Part shown: positions 10,956-21,938 of the stretch, piece after piece
How positions within the stretch are numbered: position 1 is the first letter of the stretch
How the letters are laid out: each line of letters opens with the position of its first letter
Assembly: GCA_965224085.1 (NCBI GenBank)
Contig: CBDCYI010000011.1
Span: 352,001 to 416,000, forward strand
Length of the DNA: 64,000 nt
Origin: Candidatus Marinacidobacterales bacterium
GTDB taxonomy: Bacteria > Acidobacteriota > Vicinamibacteria > Marinacidobacterales > SMYC01
Reading direction: 5' to 3'
The notes under the pieces: model-generated
Databases searched by the model: none
What the model was told of the DNA's origin: nothing
Seen by the model: only the letters and a program-made list of their open reading frames with translations
Program-made: the position numbers and the translations under genes

Positions 10956-13003
10956 ATGTCCTCCTGGGATAGTTGCAGCAAGAATGCGTAGACGAGCGCC
11001 GTTTCCCTGTGGCGTTTGAAACGGCCGGATGCGCCCCCGTGGCCGGCGTCCATATTGGTTTTCAAGAGCAGTCGATGGTCGTCTGTTTTCATCGCGCGGA
11101 GCCTCGCCACCCACTTTGCAGGCTCCCAGTACTGCACCTGCGAGTCATGGAGGCCCGTTGTTACGAGCAGATGCGGGTAGGCCTTCGGCTCGATATTGTC
11201 ATAGGGCGAGTAGGACAAGATGTAGTCGTAGTACTGCTTGTCGTTGGGGTTGCCCCACTCGTCATATTCTCCGGTTGTGAGCGGAATGCTGTCGTCGAGC
11301 ATCGTCGTTACCACATCGACGAACGGCACCTCGGCGACCACGCCTCGGAAGAGATCCGGCCGCATATTGATGACCGCGCCCATCAGGAGACCGCCTGCGC
11401 TTCCGCCCCACGCGTAGAGCCGCTCGGGATCGGCGTAGCCGTTCGAGACGAGGTGTTGGCCGCATGCGATGAAATCGGTGAACGTGTTTTTCTTCTCGAG
11501 GAGCTTGCCGTGGTCGTACCACGCTCGGCCCACCTCCTCGCCGCCGCGGATATGGGCGATCGCATAGACGAACCCGCGATCGAGAAGGCTGATGCGTGGC
11601 CCCGAGAACGTGGCCTCCATCGTGATGCCGTAGGAGCCGTAGCCGTAGAGCAGAAGTGGCGGCGAGCTTTCGAGCTTCGTGTCTTTTCGATAAACGAGCG
11701 AGATGGGAACGGCGGTCCTATCTGCCGCTTTCGCCATCAGGCGCTCGGAGACATAGGCGCTGTGATCGAAACCGCCGAGGATTTTGTCTTGCTTCAGAAG
11801 CGAGCGTTTTCTCGACGCCATGTCGTAGTCGAAGGTCGAGCGCGGTGTCGTCATGGATGTATAGCCGAAGCGCAGCAAGGTCGTGTCGAGCTCGACGTTG
11901 GCTGTTGGATAAGCGTAATAGGCCGGCTCGTCGAACTCCAAATAGTGCTCGTCGGAACCGTTCCACGGGATGACACGGATCTTGCGAAGACCCTCGTGCC
12001 TTTCGACGAGCACGATGTATTCCTGGAAGATCGTGAAAGTCTCGAGCAGTACGTCCTCACGATGAGGGATGACCTCTTCCCAGGAGTCTTTCTCCGGCGC
12101 ATCGACGGACGTTTTCATCAATCGAGAATTCAGCGCGTTCCAGTTCGTCAGGATGAAGAAGTGGTCCTCGAAGTGGCTCGCGTCATATTCGTGCTTGCGC
12201 TCGCGCTCTTGAAATATCTGAAAGCTGCCGTCCGGCTCGTCGGCGCGGATGTATCGATACTCGCTCGAGAGTGTCTGCTGCGAGGCAATGAAGATGTAGC
12301 GCTTCGACTTGGTCTTGAAGACGCGAACGTCGAAGGTCTCGTCGGCCTCTTCGAAGACGAGCACGTCGTTGGCCGGATCGTCGCCGAGACGGTGGCGATA
12401 GATCTGATAGGAGCGCAGCGTCTCGGTGTGTTGTTTGGAATAGAAGACGGTTTCGTTGTCGTTTGCCCAAGCGACGTTTCCCGTGACGTCCTTGAGGACG
12501 TCTTCGAGCAGCTCTCCCGTCTCGAGATTCTTGAAATAGACGTCATAGATGCGGCGGCCGCGCGTGTCGACGGCGTAGGCAACGAGAATCTGGTTGGCGC
12601 TCAATCCTGAGAGTGACAGGCTCAGTGCGAAATATTCGTGGCCTTCGGCGAGCGCGTTCCCGTCGACGAGAATTTCTTCCGACGCTTCTAGGGATTCGCG
12701 TTTACGGCAGTGGACTGCGTATTCGTTCCCCTCCTCGAAGCGATGGTAGTAGTAGTAATCCTCTTTCCGATACGGAACGGAGATCTCGTTGGGCTCGAGA
12801 CGCGTTTTGATCTCTTCGAAGAGCTCCTCTTGCAGCCCCTCCGTCGGCGCCATCATCTCTTTCGTGTAAGCGTTCTCCGCTTCGAGATAAGCGGTGACTT
12901 CAGGATTCTCCCGATCGTTGAGCCAGAAATAGGGATCCGCACGGCTATCGCCATGCGCTTCTAATATGTGGGGCTTTTTCTCTGCGACCGGCGGTGTGGG
13001 CAT
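10952..13003 (-). CDS. ptrB: Oligopeptidase B (S9A)
   Basis: DPYFWL, GYGSYG, GGSAGG nucleophile, DSQVQYWEPAKW, AGHGGASGR. Confidence 0.93.
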   Translation of the reverse strand: MPTPPVAEKKPHILEAHGDSRADPYFWLNDRENPEVTAYLEAENAYTKEMMAPTEGLQEELFEEIKTRLEPNEISVPYRKEDYYYYHRFEEGNEYAVHCRKRESLEASEEILVDGNALAEGHEYFALSLSLSGLSANQILVAYAVDTRGRRIYDVYFKNLETGELLEDVLKDVTGNVAWANDNETVFYSKQHTETLRSYQIYRHRLGDDPANDVLVFEEADETFDVRVFKTKSKRYIFIASQQTLSSEYRYIRADEPDGSFQIFQERERKHEYDASHFEDHFFILTNWNALNSRLMKTSVDAPEKDSWEEVIPHREDVLLETFTIFQEYIVLVERHEGLRKIRVIPWNGSDEHYLEFDEPAYYAYPTANVELDTTLLRFGYTSMTTPRSTFDYDMASRKRSLLKQDKILGGFDHSAYVSERLMAKAADRTAVPISLVYRKDTKLESSPPLLLYGYGSYGITMEATFSGPRISLLDRGFVYAIAHIRGGEEVGRAWYDHGKLLEKKNTFTDFIACGQHLVSNGYADPERLYAWGGSAGGLLMGAVINMRPDLFRGVVAEVPFVDVVTTMLDDSIPLTTGEYDEWGNPNDKQYYDYILSYSPYDNIEPKAYPHLLVTTGLHDSQVQYWEPAKWVARLRAMKTDDHRLLLKTNMDAGHGGASGRFKRHRETALVYAFLLQLSQEDI

Positions 13004-15418
13004 CTAACGATCTGTGGCTCCCGCCGGTGCGAGCACCGTCCGGCTCTCCGTGACGGACTCGATCTTCTCACGCGAGAAAAAAAGCGGGAAGTACTGGCCT
13101 TTGACGAACAGCTCGAAGAGATCTCGGTAGTGCGGGCTGTCCGGGTTGCCCGCCTGTCCTGGCGCCGTCGTCCCGATCGAGTTGTCCCAGTTAGCGACGT
13201 CCATGATGACGCGGAACGACGCGCCGGAGCGCTGATTGTCACGGCCGCTCGTGTTGTTGAGCGTCGAGTCGTAGCCGCCGCGCGGCGCCGGGCCGACGTC
13301 GAGCTTCTCGCGCGTGACCGCGTCGACCGCGGGACTCAGCGGATGGTGGATGAGGACGTGTTTGAACGCCTCTTGTCCGTATTGCCAACCGGTCATGTCC
13401 GAGCCGAGACGCTCGGTCAAGCTTGCAATCGCTTCGGAGAAGCTTTTCGCCAAAACTTCGTCGCGTCCGGCAATCGGCTGCTCGCCGAAACGGCCGTCGG
13501 GCGCGACGAGCCAGTCGATGACGCGTTTCTTGTTGAGGCGCGTGATGGCGGGGAGCGCCGCTTCGGGAACGACGAGCTCGCGCACGTTCTCCATGAGCTC
13601 GCGCTCGAAGCTCACATAAATCGCGGCCGCGACGGAATCCTTGTCGACGACGTAGTCCCAGTCGCCGAGCTTTTCGAGCGCGGCCCTCTCGCGCGCATCC
13701 GAAGGTGCTACGTCCATCAAGAGCGGCACGATACTGCGCGCCGGAACCGAGAGCTCGTCGTGCTGGAACTGCATCATGTCGACGATCGTGAACCGGCGTC
13801 CCGAGGCCATCAGCTCGTCGACGCGTAGCCCGCGCATCTCGTCGCCCCACGTGTAGTGAATCGCCGACGGATAGGGATAGTCGTCCGGCAGCATGAAGTT
13901 ATTGGCCGTCCCCCAATAGCCTTTCTCCGGGTTGTTTACCCGCGGAAGTGCGTTGATCGGGAGATACCCCTCCCACTCGTAGCGTCCGTCTCCGGGAACC
14001 GGGACGAGGCCGCTCCAATGCGGGCGAATCGGTGAGATGCCGACCGCCTGATAGCCGATATTCTTGTAAATGTCGCCCCAGATCATGTTCTCGGCTGGGA
14101 TGCGGCTGTAAGAGCAAGCTTCGACGAACTCTTCCCACGTCTGGGCCTGGTTCATGCGCAAGCTCGCGAGGTAAGGGGAGTTTCCAATCTCCATCCACGC
14201 CGCGCGGAGCGCATAGGCTTTGTGGTGCTCTTGGTCCTCGAATAATACCGGGCCGTGGCGGGTGTATTTGAGCTCGACAGTGTCGGGAGATTCGCCTTTG
14301 ATGGCGATCGAGTCCTTGATGACCCGCATGTCTTCCCAGCCGTCGAGATAGCGGTACTGGTTTGGGTTTCTCGGGTTCGTCTCGTAAACGTAGAGGTCTT
14401 CGTTGTCCTGCCCGAACACTGTGAGACCCCAAGCGCCGAATTCGTTGTGGCCGATCGAGATACCCGGAAGCACCGGCTCGCCACCGCCAATCACGTTCCA
14501 GCCGGGTGCTTTGAGATGCACGAAGTAGCGCAGTGATGGCGCCGCAAGCACCCGGTGCGGATCGTTCACGACATAAGGAAAGCCGGTCTGGGTGAAGCGG
14601 CCGCTCACGACCCAGTTGTTCGAGCCGATTGCGTCCGTACCGTCGCCATTCGAGATGAACACTTCTCGAGCTGCGGCGAGACGTCCGTGAGACGCGTCGT
14701 CGTTACGATAGGCGGCTACCACGTCGTCCGGCTTGAACTCGATGGGGCGACGAAACGCCTCGTAATAATGAAGAATTTCGTCCTCGAGGCGCGCGCCATC
14801 GATGGCGGGGTCGAGCGCGAGCACGGGCTCGCCGGGCCGAAACCAATCGAGCTCCCGGACTTTTTCGGGACCGATGGCGGCCACGGCGCGGCCGATACGA
14901 AGCTCCCTGGTCACGTTCGACAGCAGGCCTTGATGCCGCGAGATGACGACGGCGGGCGTCCACTTGCCGGGCTTGATGCCGAGAAGCTTGAATGCCATCG
15001 ACAAGAGGTCGGGATCGCGTTCGGTCTCGTCGATGAAGGCGTTGATGCCGTCGACGTAGGCGTTGATGATGGCCTCGCCGTGCGGGTGGTAGTGCTTGAG
15101 CTCCTGGGTCATATCTTTTCGGAACATGTGCAGCCGTGTCCCGATGTCGCGATCGAGCTCGCGCCGCCCTAGGATCTCCGCGACCGTCCCCGTCGCCTGG
15201 CGTCTCCAGAGCTCGAACTGAAACGTGCGGTCTTTTGCCGCGCTGTAGCCCTGAGCGAAAAAGAGATCGTGCTCGTTTTTCGCGTAGATATGCGCCACGC
15301 CCCAACGATCCGTGAGGATCTCGACCGTATCTTTCAAACCGGGGACGCCCGGCTCTTGTGCGCTCGGAAGCGCGGGAAACAAAACGATCAAAAAGAAGAA
15401 AAATCGGACGTTTTTCAT
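13004..15418 (-). CDS. Penicillin acylase family (S45) Ntn hydrolase, secreted
   Basis: DRWGVAHIYA, FFAQGY, GSNNWVV nucleophile, NDPH, PGQAGNPDSPHYRD; start MKNVRFF after SD GAGG. Confidence 0.92.
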   Translation of the reverse strand: MKNVRFFFFLIVLFPALPSAQEPGVPGLKDTVEILTDRWGVAHIYAKNEHDLFFAQGYSAAKDRTFQFELWRRQATGTVAEILGRRELDRDIGTRLHMFRKDMTQELKHYHPHGEAIINAYVDGINAFIDETERDPDLLSMAFKLLGIKPGKWTPAVVISRHQGLLSNVTRELRIGRAVAAIGPEKVRELDWFRPGEPVLALDPAIDGARLEDEILHYYEAFRRPIEFKPDDVVAAYRNDDASHGRLAAAREVFISNGDGTDAIGSNNWVVSGRFTQTGFPYVVNDPHRVLAAPSLRYFVHLKAPGWNVIGGGEPVLPGISIGHNEFGAWGLTVFGQDNEDLYVYETNPRNPNQYRYLDGWEDMRVIKDSIAIKGESPDTVELKYTRHGPVLFEDQEHHKAYALRAAWMEIGNSPYLASLRMNQAQTWEEFVEACSYSRIPAENMIWGDIYKNIGYQAVGISPIRPHWSGLVPVPGDGRYEWEGYLPINALPRVNNPEKGYWGTANNFMLPDDYPYPSAIHYTWGDEMRGLRVDELMASGRRFTIVDMMQFQHDELSVPARSIVPLLMDVAPSDARERAALEKLGDWDYVVDKDSVAAAIYVSFERELMENVRELVVPEAALPAITRLNKKRVIDWLVAPDGRFGEQPIAGRDEVLAKSFSEAIASLTERLGSDMTGWQYGQEAFKHVLIHHPLSPAVDAVTREKLDVGPAPRGGYDSTLNNTSGRDNQRSGASFRVIMDVANWDNSIGTTAPGQAGNPDSPHYRDLFELFVKGQYFPLFFSREKIESVTESRTVLAPAGATDR

Positions 15419-15420
15419 GG

Positions 15421-15790
15421 TTATTCCTCTGTGGACGATGGCGCGGCTTCGAGCTTGCGGTCGATAAAATCGGCCGCCGCGCGAAAAGCCTTCAGGTTCT
15501 CGTGGAGCAAGAATCCATGGACCTCGTCGGGAAAGACGAGCTCTTCGTAGTCCACATCCCGTTTGGCGAGCGCTTCGGCGAGATCCACCGACTCGCTGAA
15601 GGGGACATTCCGATCGTCGTCGCCGTGAATCAAGAGCACGGGCGCGCGCCATCCGTCGATGGATGCCATGGGTGACGATTCGAAAGCGAGCCGGGCAAAG
15701 GCGGCTTGCTTCTCGGCGTCGTAGGTCGGAACGAAGTTTCGGATCACGATATTCCAGTCATGGACTCCCTGGATGTCGACGGCGGCGGCG
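15421..15790 (-). pseudogene. S9 peptidase C-terminal fragment
   Basis: GVHDWN...PVLLIHGDDDRNVPF...FPDEVHGF; nucleophile serine region absent. Confidence 0.8.
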
Positions 15791-15886
15791 ATCAAGAAGC
15801 GGCGTAACACGGCGGACCCACTGAATCGTGGCAATGTCGCGCATGATATCCGCCGGCTGAGGCGGGAACAAGCGGGCGATCGCTGG

Positions 15887-16495
15887 CTAGCCCGGCGCGG
15901 CCGAGCCAGGAAACGGCTTCCTTTCGTCGCCACGATACCGCTCGCGCACGAAGAGCGGTCCCCACGCCGCCACGCTCCCCGCAACGACGGTGAAAGCGAA
16001 CCAGACCGTCAGCTGCGGCAGCGTTCCCGCGAGCACGTTGTAGGGCGAGACGTCGAAGACGGTGTCCCAGCCGCCGAGGGTGGCGGCGAGCATCGTTACA
16101 ATCACCGGAAGGCGCGCCGCAAACGCGTAGGTGAGGAGAGCGTTTCCGAGCCTTGGCCACGTCCGTCGTACAAGGATGACGGCGATGAGCGACAAAAGCC
16201 CCATCCCTCCGGACGTTGGGCGTAGCAGGATGAGCCCGGCGACGAAGAGCACGAGCGGCAGAAGTGTGCCGCGGAGCAGCTGCGCTGCGCTCGGTGTGAA
16301 ACGGTCTACTCTCTGCAGATGAAGCGCGAAATAGGCGCCAAAGAGAGGAACGAGCCACGCGATCTCGACGGGCAGCCCCATCTCGGACCAGCCGAGGAGA
16401 TCTCCGGTAAGCTGCAGCTGAGTGAGCGCAAGGGTCACGAGGGCAGGCACCAGGACCAGTCGCGGTATGGATTGGCGACGACGTTCCGGGCTCAT
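15887..16495 (-). CDS. Hypothetical membrane protein
   Basis: About six hydrophobic segments; SD GGAGG upstream of ATG 16495. Confidence 0.6.
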   Translation of the reverse strand: MSPERRRQSIPRLVLVPALVTLALTQLQLTGDLLGWSEMGLPVEIAWLVPLFGAYFALHLQRVDRFTPSAAQLLRGTLLPLVLFVAGLILLRPTSGGMGLLSLIAVILVRRTWPRLGNALLTYAFAARLPVIVTMLAATLGGWDTVFDVSPYNVLAGTLPQLTVWFAFTVVAGSVAAWGPLFVRERYRGDERKPFPGSAAPG

Positions 16496-16530
16496 AGGCA
16501 CTCCTCCCTCGGCGCGGCTGAACACTATTA

Positions 16531-17463
16531 TTACGTTGACGGCAGCGTTTTGTTCCCTTCGGCGGCTCGAATGAGGTGAAACAATAGCTCGTTTTGGGGG
16601 GCGGCGACGCCGAGAGCACGGGCGCGGTCCAAGAGCGCTCCGTTGATGGCGTCGATCTCGGTTCGCCGCCCTCGCTCTAGATCCTGTAACATGCTGGATT
16701 TGTTGTCTTTAGTAGCGCGCGCGACGCTCCAGATCTTCTCGAGGGTGGCGTTCTCCTCGAGCGCGATGCCTGCGGCATGCGCGATCGCGACGGACTCGTG
16801 AACGATAAGGCGGACGGCGCTTTCGAGGGCGGGGTCGCCGATGAGCTCCCCCGTGCGCTTTACGAGCAGCGCCGTGAGCGGGTTCACGGCCGCGTTGAGG
16901 ACGACTTTGAGCCAGATTCTGGCCCGGATGTCGTCAACCGCGCGCGCTTCAAGACCAGTCTCGCGAAACGCAGAGGCGACACGTTCGGCATCACCGGGCT
17001 TTGTTCCCTGAAAGGCTCCGAGCTCGGTCTCGCCTTCGCCGGCATGATAGACGGCACCCGGCTCCAAGAACGTCACACCCTGGTTGATCACGGCGCCGAG
17101 AACGTTCTCAGCCCGTTCTGCGAGAATCTCTTCGTTCCCGAGACCGTTCTGGAGCGACACGAATATCGATTGTTTCGAGAACCGTGCGAGAGCTTGGACC
17201 GCTCCTGCCGTGCCGTAGGATTTGGTCGTGACGAGCACGACGTCGGGTGGTGTTTCGGTCGGTTCCGTGACGGCCTCGATCTTTGTTGCGACGCACTCCG
17301 TACGCCCCGTCACACGCAGGCCGGACGTGCGGATGGCCAAAACGTGCTCGCTACGGCCGACTAGGGTGACGTTATGGGCAGCGGATAGTCGTGCGGCTAC
17401 GAGGCTTCCCAAAGCTCCGGCGCCAAAGACCATGAATCGCACGAGTGTTTGTGATAGAAGCAT
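16531..17463 (-). CDS. panE: 2-dehydropantoate 2-reductase (start may be GTG at 17442)
   Basis: GAGALG, LQNGLG, WLKVVLNAAVNP, SSMLQD...RRTEIDAING. Confidence 0.92.
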   Translation of the reverse strand: MLLSQTLVRFMVFGAGALGSLVAARLSAAHNVTLVGRSEHVLAIRTSGLRVTGRTECVATKIEAVTEPTETPPDVVLVTTKSYGTAGAVQALARFSKQSIFVSLQNGLGNEEILAERAENVLGAVINQGVTFLEPGAVYHAGEGETELGAFQGTKPGDAERVASAFRETGLEARAVDDIRARIWLKVVLNAAVNPLTALLVKRTGELIGDPALESAVRLIVHESVAIAHAAGIALEENATLEKIWSVARATKDNKSSMLQDLERGRRTEIDAINGALLDRARALGVAAPQNELLFHLIRAAEGNKTLPST

Positions 17464-17500
17464 GCCGAAACGCTAGTTGCAACTGGAGACAAGAAAAAAG

Positions 17501-19144
17501 ATGCGAAGCGATGCGATCAAGAAAGGTGTCTCTCGAGCGCCCGCGCGGGCCATGTTCAAAGCTATGGGTCTCACCGACGACGACCTCGAACGCCCTCTCA
17601 TCGGTGTGGCCAACACTTGGACCGAGCTCACCCCGTGCAATCTTCATCTACGCGATCTTGCCGTGCACGTGAAAGACGGCATCCGAACTGCGGGCGGAAC
17701 GCCGCTCGAGTTCAACACGATCACGATCTCGGACGGGATTACGATGGGCTCAGAAGGGATGCGCGCCTCGCTCGTCTCGCGCGAAATCGTGGCGGATTCG
17801 ATCGAGCTCGTGGTGAGCGGCCACATCCTCGACGGCGTCGTCGCCATCTCGGGTTGCGACAAGACCATACCGGGAACGGTCATGGCGCTCGCGCGGCTCG
17901 ATCTCCCGTCGCTCATGCTTTATGGCGGTTCGATTCTGCCCGGCCGCTATCACGGTAAAGACGTCACCATCCAGGACGTCTTCGAAGCCGTTGGCGCGTG
18001 CGCTGCCGGCGCCATGACGGAAAAAGAGCTGCACGATCTCGAGAACGTCGCCTGTCCCGGCGCAGGCGCGTGCGGAGGCCAGTTCACCGCGAACACGATG
18101 TCCACCGCCATGACGTTTCTAGGTATCTCGCCCATGGGCGCAAACGACGTCCCAGCGCTCGACGAGCGCAAAGGACCCGTCGCGTTCCGATGCGGCGAGC
18201 TCGTGATGAAGCTCGTCAACGAAGGCGTGAGCGCGCGGCGAATCATCACGCGCACGGCGCTTGTGAACGCCATCGCGTCGTTGGCGGCAACCGCTGGTTC
18301 GACGAACGCAGTGCTTCACTTGCTCGCGATTGCGCGGGAAGCGGAGGTAGAGCTATCGATTGACGACTTCGACCGCATCTCGGCGGCGACGCCCGTTATC
18401 GCGGACTTGAAGCCCGGCGGCCGCTTCACCGCGCCGGATGTCGACCGTGCGGGCGGCTTGCGCCTGCTCGTCAAACGCCTCTTCGATGGGGGTTTTCTAA
18501 AAGATGAAGTCACCGTGACCGGCAAGACGCTCCGTGAAGAAGCAGCTTCGGCGGACGAGACAGAAGGGCAAGAAGTGATCAAAGCACTCGACCATCCGAT
18601 CACGCCGCGGGGCGGCATCGCCATCCTTCGCGGCTCGCTCGCCCCGGAGGGCTCCGTCGTCAAGCTCGCGGGTCACGATCGCGTGCAGCACTCCGGTCCG
18701 GCTCTGGTCTTCGACAGTGAGGAAGACGCTTTCGCGGCGGTGCAGGACAAGAAGATCCAGGCGGGCGATGTCGTCGTCATTCGTTACGAAGGTCCCAAAG
18801 GAGGTCCCGGCATGCGAGAGATGCTTGGCGTCACCGCCGCTCTCGTCGGGCAAGGCCTCGGGGATTCGGTGGCGCTCATCACGGATGGCCGTTTTAGTGG
18901 AGCGACTCACGGCTTCATGGCGGGGCATATCGCTCCCGAAGCGGCCGATGGAGGACCGATAGCGCTCGTGCGCGATGGCGATACGATCACACTTGATGTA
19001 GACAAACGCCGCCTCGATGTCGATGCCGATCTAATAGCGCGCCGCGGGGAGCTGGCCATTCCCGAGCCGCGCTACAAGACCGGGGTCTTCGCTAAATACG
19101 TGAAGCTCGTAGCCTCCGCTTCGGAAGGTGCTGTCACGATTTGA
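17501..19144 (+). CDS. ilvD: Dihydroxy-acid dehydratase
   Basis: [52 protein letters not shown]. Confidence 0.96.
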   Translation: MRSDAIKKGVSRAPARAMFKAMGLTDDDLERPLIGVANTWTELTPCNLHLRDLAVHVKDGIRTAGGTPLEFNTITISDGITMGSEGMRASLVSREIVADSIELVVSGHILDGVVAISGCDKTIPGTVMALARLDLPSLMLYGGSILPGRYHGKDVTIQDVFEAVGACAAGAMTEKELHDLENVACPGAGACGGQFTANTMSTAMTFLGISPMGANDVPALDERKGPVAFRCGELVMKLVNEGVSARRIITRTALVNAIASLAATAGSTNAVLHLLAIAREAEVELSIDDFDRISAATPVIADLKPGGRFTAPDVDRAGGLRLLVKRLFDGGFLKDEVTVTGKTLREEAASADETEGQEVIKALDHPITPRGGIAILRGSLAPEGSVVKLAGHDRVQHSGPALVFDSEEDAFAAVQDKKIQAGDVVVIRYEGPKGGPGMREMLGVTAALVGQGLGDSVALITDGRFSGATHGFMAGHIAPEAADGGPIALVRDGDTITLDVDKRRLDVDADLIARRGELAIPEPRYKTGVFAKYVKLVASASEGAVTI

Positions 19145-19955
19145 CGCAGACAGGGCACTTCAGCTGCGGGCCCGCAGGCGGCAGCGGATGGAATTCGTTG
19201 TCGAGCTGACCTCGTTCGCCGCCCAGCCGATGGTACATCTCGCACTCGCGCTCGAAACGCTCCTTGCGCGCGAAGATGACCTCGATATGGAAATAGCCGT
19301 ATTGATCGCGAAACTCCAAGAGAGTGGCCCGCAGGTCCTCGTCGGCCCTTCCGACGCGCGCGTCCATCGTCCGGTCGTAAGAAAGGGTGAACACTCCCGG
19401 CGTCAACGGAAAGATCCGCCGCTCTATGGAAGCCGGGTTCAGTGGATAGGGCGGCCGCTCCTCTTCTGGTTCGAGCGCCGTCAGCGGTTGAGTCATCTCG
19501 CCGAGGGACCGACCTCTGTCGGTTGGCGCGGGGGTGGCCAGTCGATCGGTGTGCTCCACCGCCGCTTGCACCTCGGCCGGAGATAGCGTTTGGGTCGTCG
19601 ACGGGTCTTTCGGGAAGCGCTGTCGTTCGTTCTTGCTCAGAAGCCACCGGATCGCTTCGCCGGAGGCCCTGGTGATGTTGATGAAGCGCATCCCGTAGCC
19701 TTCCGGCTGCATCGAAGGCCGCTCTTGGCCGCGGTTCTCCCAGGCCACCATGGCGCCAACCTCCAAGGTGCGCTCGAGCTCCGGAATCTGTATGGACAGG
19801 CGCAGCTGGGCGTGTGGGAGCAGGGCCAGGCGCGTTTCCACGTAAGCGCCACCTTCAGAAAGAGTTATCAGCCGGCCGGCACTGCCGTGGAGAGCCGCCC
19901 GGAGCCATACCGGGTAGCCGTCGGCAAAATCAACGCGTCTTGCAGAATCAGACAT
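19134..19955 (-). CDS. PilZ domain fused to a degenerate GIY-YIG-like domain with C-terminal CPxC
   Basis: N-terminal LSEGGAYV...VAW...GYGMRF; C-terminal PGVFTL...VGRADEDL...ERECEMYH...LDNEFHP...CPVC. Confidence 0.65.
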   Translation of the reverse strand: MSDSARRVDFADGYPVWLRAALHGSAGRLITLSEGGAYVETRLALLPHAQLRLSIQIPELERTLEVGAMVAWENRGQERPSMQPEGYGMRFINITRASGEAIRWLLSKNERQRFPKDPSTTQTLSPAEVQAAVEHTDRLATPAPTDRGRSLGEMTQPLTALEPEEERPPYPLNPASIERRIFPLTPGVFTLSYDRTMDARVGRADEDLRATLLEFRDQYGYFHIEVIFARKERFERECEMYHRLGGERGQLDNEFHPLPPAGPQLKCPVCVKS

Positions 19956-20068
19956 CCGTCCCCCAACCCACCTATAGAGGTATCACCGAAGTCTAGCTGA
20001 CGCAACCGAGACCCAAACCGAGACATGGAGCTGGACCAAGAATAAAGTTAGGGGGAATAGGTTAAGGG

Positions 20069-20221
20069 CTACGGCTCCGTGATCTCGTGGATACGCCTCG
20101 ACGCGGGCGCGTCGATGGTTTGCGTTGCGCCTGACGGCTAGGCGATCTCGACCTTGTCGGCCTTTTCGGTAGCGCCGAGTCCGACGATGACGGCGAGCTG
20201 ACTCTGGGAGCAATAGCCAGT
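20069..20221 (-). pseudogene. ASPIC/UnbV domain C-terminal fragment with nonsense codon
   Basis: GYCSQSQLAVIVGLG...KVEIA*PSG..Q...IHEITEP; TAG at 20138-20140 replaces the W of WPSG. Confidence 0.7.
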
Positions 20222-20279
20222 CTGAGATTATCTCTATGTCGGGCGGCTGGCGCCAGGGGAGTTTGAATGTGGATTTCAT

Positions 20280-20645
20280 CGCGTTTGGCGGAGCTTCGTG
20301 TTGTAGTTGTTCCGCAAGCGACGCGAACCTATCGCGTCGCTACGGACGAAAGTCGGTTCGAAGTGGAGGTCGGGCGCGCGGGACTGTTCAAAGTGTTCGG
20401 CCACGACCACCGGATCCGCGTCGGTGCGTTGACTGGGACGGTGGAGTGGAAGAGCGAAGAGCCCGAGAGTTCCCGTTTCACGTCCGGCGACACTCGAGCT
20501 TTCAGGCGAGAAGATGAGCATGACGGGCGAGCTCGAGCTCGACACGAAACGATGGGGTGTGCCGCAAATCTCGGCGCTCGGCGGCTCGGTCAAGACGAAA
20601 GAAAAACTCGGGCTGACCTTCGAGATTGTCGCGCACGCCGAGTAA
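20280..20645 (+). pseudogene. YceI-family protein with internal deletion
   Basis: YRVATDESRFEVEVGRAGLFKVFGHDH joined out of frame near 20480 to GELELDTKRWGVPQISALGGSVKTKEKLGLTFEIVA. Confidence 0.7.
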
Positions 20646-20656
20646 TGGGCTAGACG

Positions 20657-21935
20657 CTATTTCCGCTTCAGCGGGCCCCAGCTCGGCGTGGTGTTCGCGC
20701 CTTCGAAGGTGAGCTGCCGCTGGTTGCCTCCAACTCGATTCATGATGAAGACTTGCGGCTCACCGCTGCGCGTGGATGTGAAGACGAGATGGCGACCGTC
20801 GGGAGACCAGCTCGCGCTCTCGTTCACCCCGGACTGAGACGTCAGCTGGCGCAATTGTCGATTTGTGACGTCGTAGACGACGATGTCGAACCGGCGCCCT
20901 TCGACGCGCGAGGCATAGGCAATCTCTTGATGAATTCTGGAGGGGGACCATAACGGCTCGGCGTTATACGAGCCCCCGCGCGAGAGCCGGCGCAGGTTCA
21001 AGCCTTCGACGTCCATCACAAAGATCTGCGGCGACCCCGTCCTTTCGGACGTGAAGACGAGCTCTCTGCCCGTCGGCGACCAGCTCGGCGAGACATCGAT
21101 ACCCGGGTGATGGGTCAATCGACGAATAGCCGTCCCGTCTCGATTCATGACGTAGATCTCGGCGTTGCCAGCTTCGTCGCGCGTCGACGAAAAGGCGATG
21201 CGTTTTCCGTCCGGGGACCATGAGGCGGAGAACACCATCCCCGGACCTTCGAGGAGCGGTCCCTCGCCATGGATCGCGAGCACGGGAGGCGCGTTCTTCT
21301 TCGGGTAGGACAGGAAGCTCAGCTTCGCTCCGTCCGGGCTGAAGCGGGGCTGAAAATCGAGGTAGCGGTTGCGCGTGATCGCGCGTTGGCCGAAGCCGTC
21401 GTAATCCATCATCCACAGGTTTTTGCTGCCGGTCTGCGAGTCGCGATCGCTCGCGAAGACGATGTCGGTCGTCGCTAGCCCGACGAGACCGAACTGGGCC
21501 AAAATGCGATTGGCAACGTTGTGCGCGAGGTTGCGCGTCGAGCCTCGATACTCCGTATAAACGGTCGAAAACGCCGTCTTCTCATTCTCCACCGCGCGAA
21601 CGTGGATGGCAGCGCGAAGAGCTTGGCTCTCCCGCGACACGGTTCCGGTAATCACGATGTCGCTGCCAATGGATTCCCAGCCGAGATAGTCGAAGCCGGC
21701 GGAAAGCGTTTTCACGAGCTTATAGCGCTCCGGGTCCACGATCCGAAAAACGGATGCAAACGAGATATCATCGAACAGTATGCGATATACCTCTGCCGCG
21801 TCGGCGCGCACATCAGGGCTTGCCGCCGCGAGCTCGGGAAGCGCGACTCTCAGCGCGTTCATATTTTGTTTGAGCTCGACCCAGATGTCTGCGCTTCCGG
21901 GAACGTCGCTTTGAGACTGCGCACCGGCGGAGAGC
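20657..21935 (-). pseudogene. tolB: TolB-like beta-propeller protein lacking the start of its signal peptide
   Basis: MDYDG, several P.WSPDG repeats; frame continues upstream of ATG 21862 to LSAGAQ and ends at the junction with the sirtuin fragment. Confidence 0.7.
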
Positions 21936-21938
21936 CTC

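Noticed and set aside
10973-12610. Long antisense ORFs (also 26178-27590, 29428-30924, 38948-40375)
   Set aside because: Shadow frames opposite clear genes, expected in high-GC DNA
20069-20235. Possible ncRNA in an apparently ORF-free gap
   Set aside because: The minus strand translates as an ASPIC/UnbV remnant with a nonsense codon
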